64,000 bases of DNA from Oikopleura dioica (lineage: Eukaryota > Animalia > Chordata). Each line of letters opens with the position of its first letter. Position 1 is the stretch's first letter. Positions 62,549-64,000 of the stretch are shown here, piece by piece. A program made the translations under genes and the position numbers. The notes under the pieces were generated by a model that did not search any database, was not told the origin of the DNA, and worked only from the letters and a program-made list of their open reading frames with translations. The stretch is from the NCBI GenBank assembly GCA_907165135.1, contig OU015569.1, positions 12,214,001 to 12,278,000 of the forward strand, written 5' to 3'.

Positions 62549-63890
62549 TCAACTAAGATTATTCGAGGAATTTCGTATCATTTCCACAGCAATTTTCGAC
62601 TGTTGCGCAGAATATTCATTTCTTTTCCAATGCGTCGGATTCCAAGTAATCAGGAATCGTTCGAAATCAGCGACGATAAATGGCCAGAGCCAGCGCCACT
62701 CTCGCTCGATCTCGTCCACTTCTGGCTTTCCTTCCATCGCTTTTCGGAAGAATTTGAAGTACTCGTCCACTATTTCGTCGTAGCGCGAAAATTCTTCGTA
62801 ACAGGACGTCAGTAAGTAGTACAAATCAGTTGTTCCGACGCCTTTTTCAAAAGAGTGAAAACAAGGAGGATCATTGAAAGACTCCTTATTCTAACTTGGG
62901 CTCGGCAACCTGAGTAGAAAATCTGAGTCAGGCTCTGGAAGAGCCAAAATGGAAAGCCGCGTAGCGGCTTTTTTAAAAGGGAAGCCGCAAAGCGTGTTCG
63001 CCAGGAGCTTATAGAAAATTTATATGGTTTATTTGCGAAGCCGCTTTGCGGCTTTGCTTTTAAAAAAGCCGCTACGCGGCTTTTCATTTTAGCTCTTCCA
63101 GGGCCTGACTCAGGTTTTCTACTCAGGTTGCTGAGCCCAGATTCTAACTTTACAAAGCAAAGTTCTAACAGACCTAGTCTAGTTCTTTCAAGTTCTGATA
63201 GTCTCCTTTTCAACCCTTTCCCATGCCACTCCACTGAAAATCAATGCCAGCAACATCCATTCCATCTTCAGAAAAGCAGAAATTCTCCACTTTCCCGTCC
63301 CCATGGATCAGAGTTTTGTGCTTCGCCTCGTGAATGATCCGATCAATTTTTTCTCCCAACTTGATCAGATCCAATTCCTTCTCCTTGCATCGTTCAAACT
63401 CGTCTCTTCGCTTTTCAATGTTCCAATAGGTTGCTTCTTTCCACATTAATTTTTCTGCTTTTTCGCAGCGCCAGAAATCAGCGTGAAAATTCGCCAGCCA
63501 TTTTACCATCGGAATAACTCGCTCAAACGAAAGATTGCAGCGATTTTTGAACCTTGCTGGAAATCCGATCGGATCCAAATCTTCCATCGCCATCACTTTT
63601 CCGCTCTTGATATCTTTGCTGGCGATGTACCGCGGCACTTTGGCAGATAGGGACAAGTTGGCCAGTTCTTCGTAAAAACTTATTTCACGCTTGAATGACA
63701 AGAAACGCGTCTCGTTCGGCATTGGATCATCTTCGGGCTCAGTTTCGTGCGCGAAATTGAAATGCTTCAAAATCACTGTGCTGCCATCTTCTTTTTGGAC
63801 CCGGTAGATTGCGCCGAATCCTGATCTTGGTTGCTCGAGAAATTCATTAATTGGATGGCGGTTTTGATCGGGATAACTGCGGAAACCCTT
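62549..63890 (-). CDS. EcKL/APH/choline-kinase-like small-molecule phosphotransferase; 5' end uncertain
   Basis: SGFGAIYRV...VILKH, MAMEDL, LIHGDGKVENFCF, IDFQWSGMGK|GVGTTDLYYLL, ADFERFLITWNPTHWK. Confidence 0.85.
62896..63140. mobile_element. Intronic long MITE-A with 8-bp TSD ATTCTAAC
   Basis: TIR pair, with identical TSD at 62888-62895 and 63141-63148. Confidence 0.93.
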
Positions 63891-64000
63891 CTAAAATCTC
63901 TCTGTTTGCAAGAGGTTTCAATGGGTTTTCCGCGGTTATTCATTTAAACCACGCAATGCTATCAAAAACCATCGTAAACCCATCGAAACCCCACATAAAC

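Overview
This is a compact, gene-dense eukaryotic window. It is inferred to come from an appendicularian tunicate (Oikopleura-like), based on very short introns, recurrent GA-AG introns with A-rich 3' ends, unpaired acceptor sites just upstream of start codons, and runs of co-oriented genes. Recognisable genes: HIPK kinase, a secreted mucin/EGF-like/TSP1 protein, a galactose-3-O-sulfotransferase, an NHL/beta-propeller protein with a long GW/WG-repeat tail, LSm6, trichoplein, ASF1, a caytaxin/BNIP2-type BCH protein, a Gly-rich RRM protein, cytochrome b561, a stomatin-like gene, a Rab GTPase plus a duplicated Rab exon, an LDLa-TSP1-TM receptor, a coiled-coil RING protein, two TPMT-like methyltransferases and an EcKL/APH-type kinase. 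Non-coding DNA is dominated by one hairpin MITE family (MITE-A, TIR CTGGGCTCGGCAACCTG.GTAGAAAACCTGAGTCAGG, 8-bp TSD, hAT-like). Top observation: two MITE-A copies appear to be seamless GC-AG introns, in ASF1 and in the mucin gene. In both, the donor is the last TSD base plus the TIR and the acceptor AG lies in the second TSD copy, so splicing restores exactly one target site. Also notable: the NHL + GW 'Ago-hook'-like protein, MITE-A copies whose flanks are inverted rather than direct repeats, and a 1.44-kb hAT element carrying a 56-bp hairpin tandem array. All gene models were inferred by eye, without transcript data or database searches.
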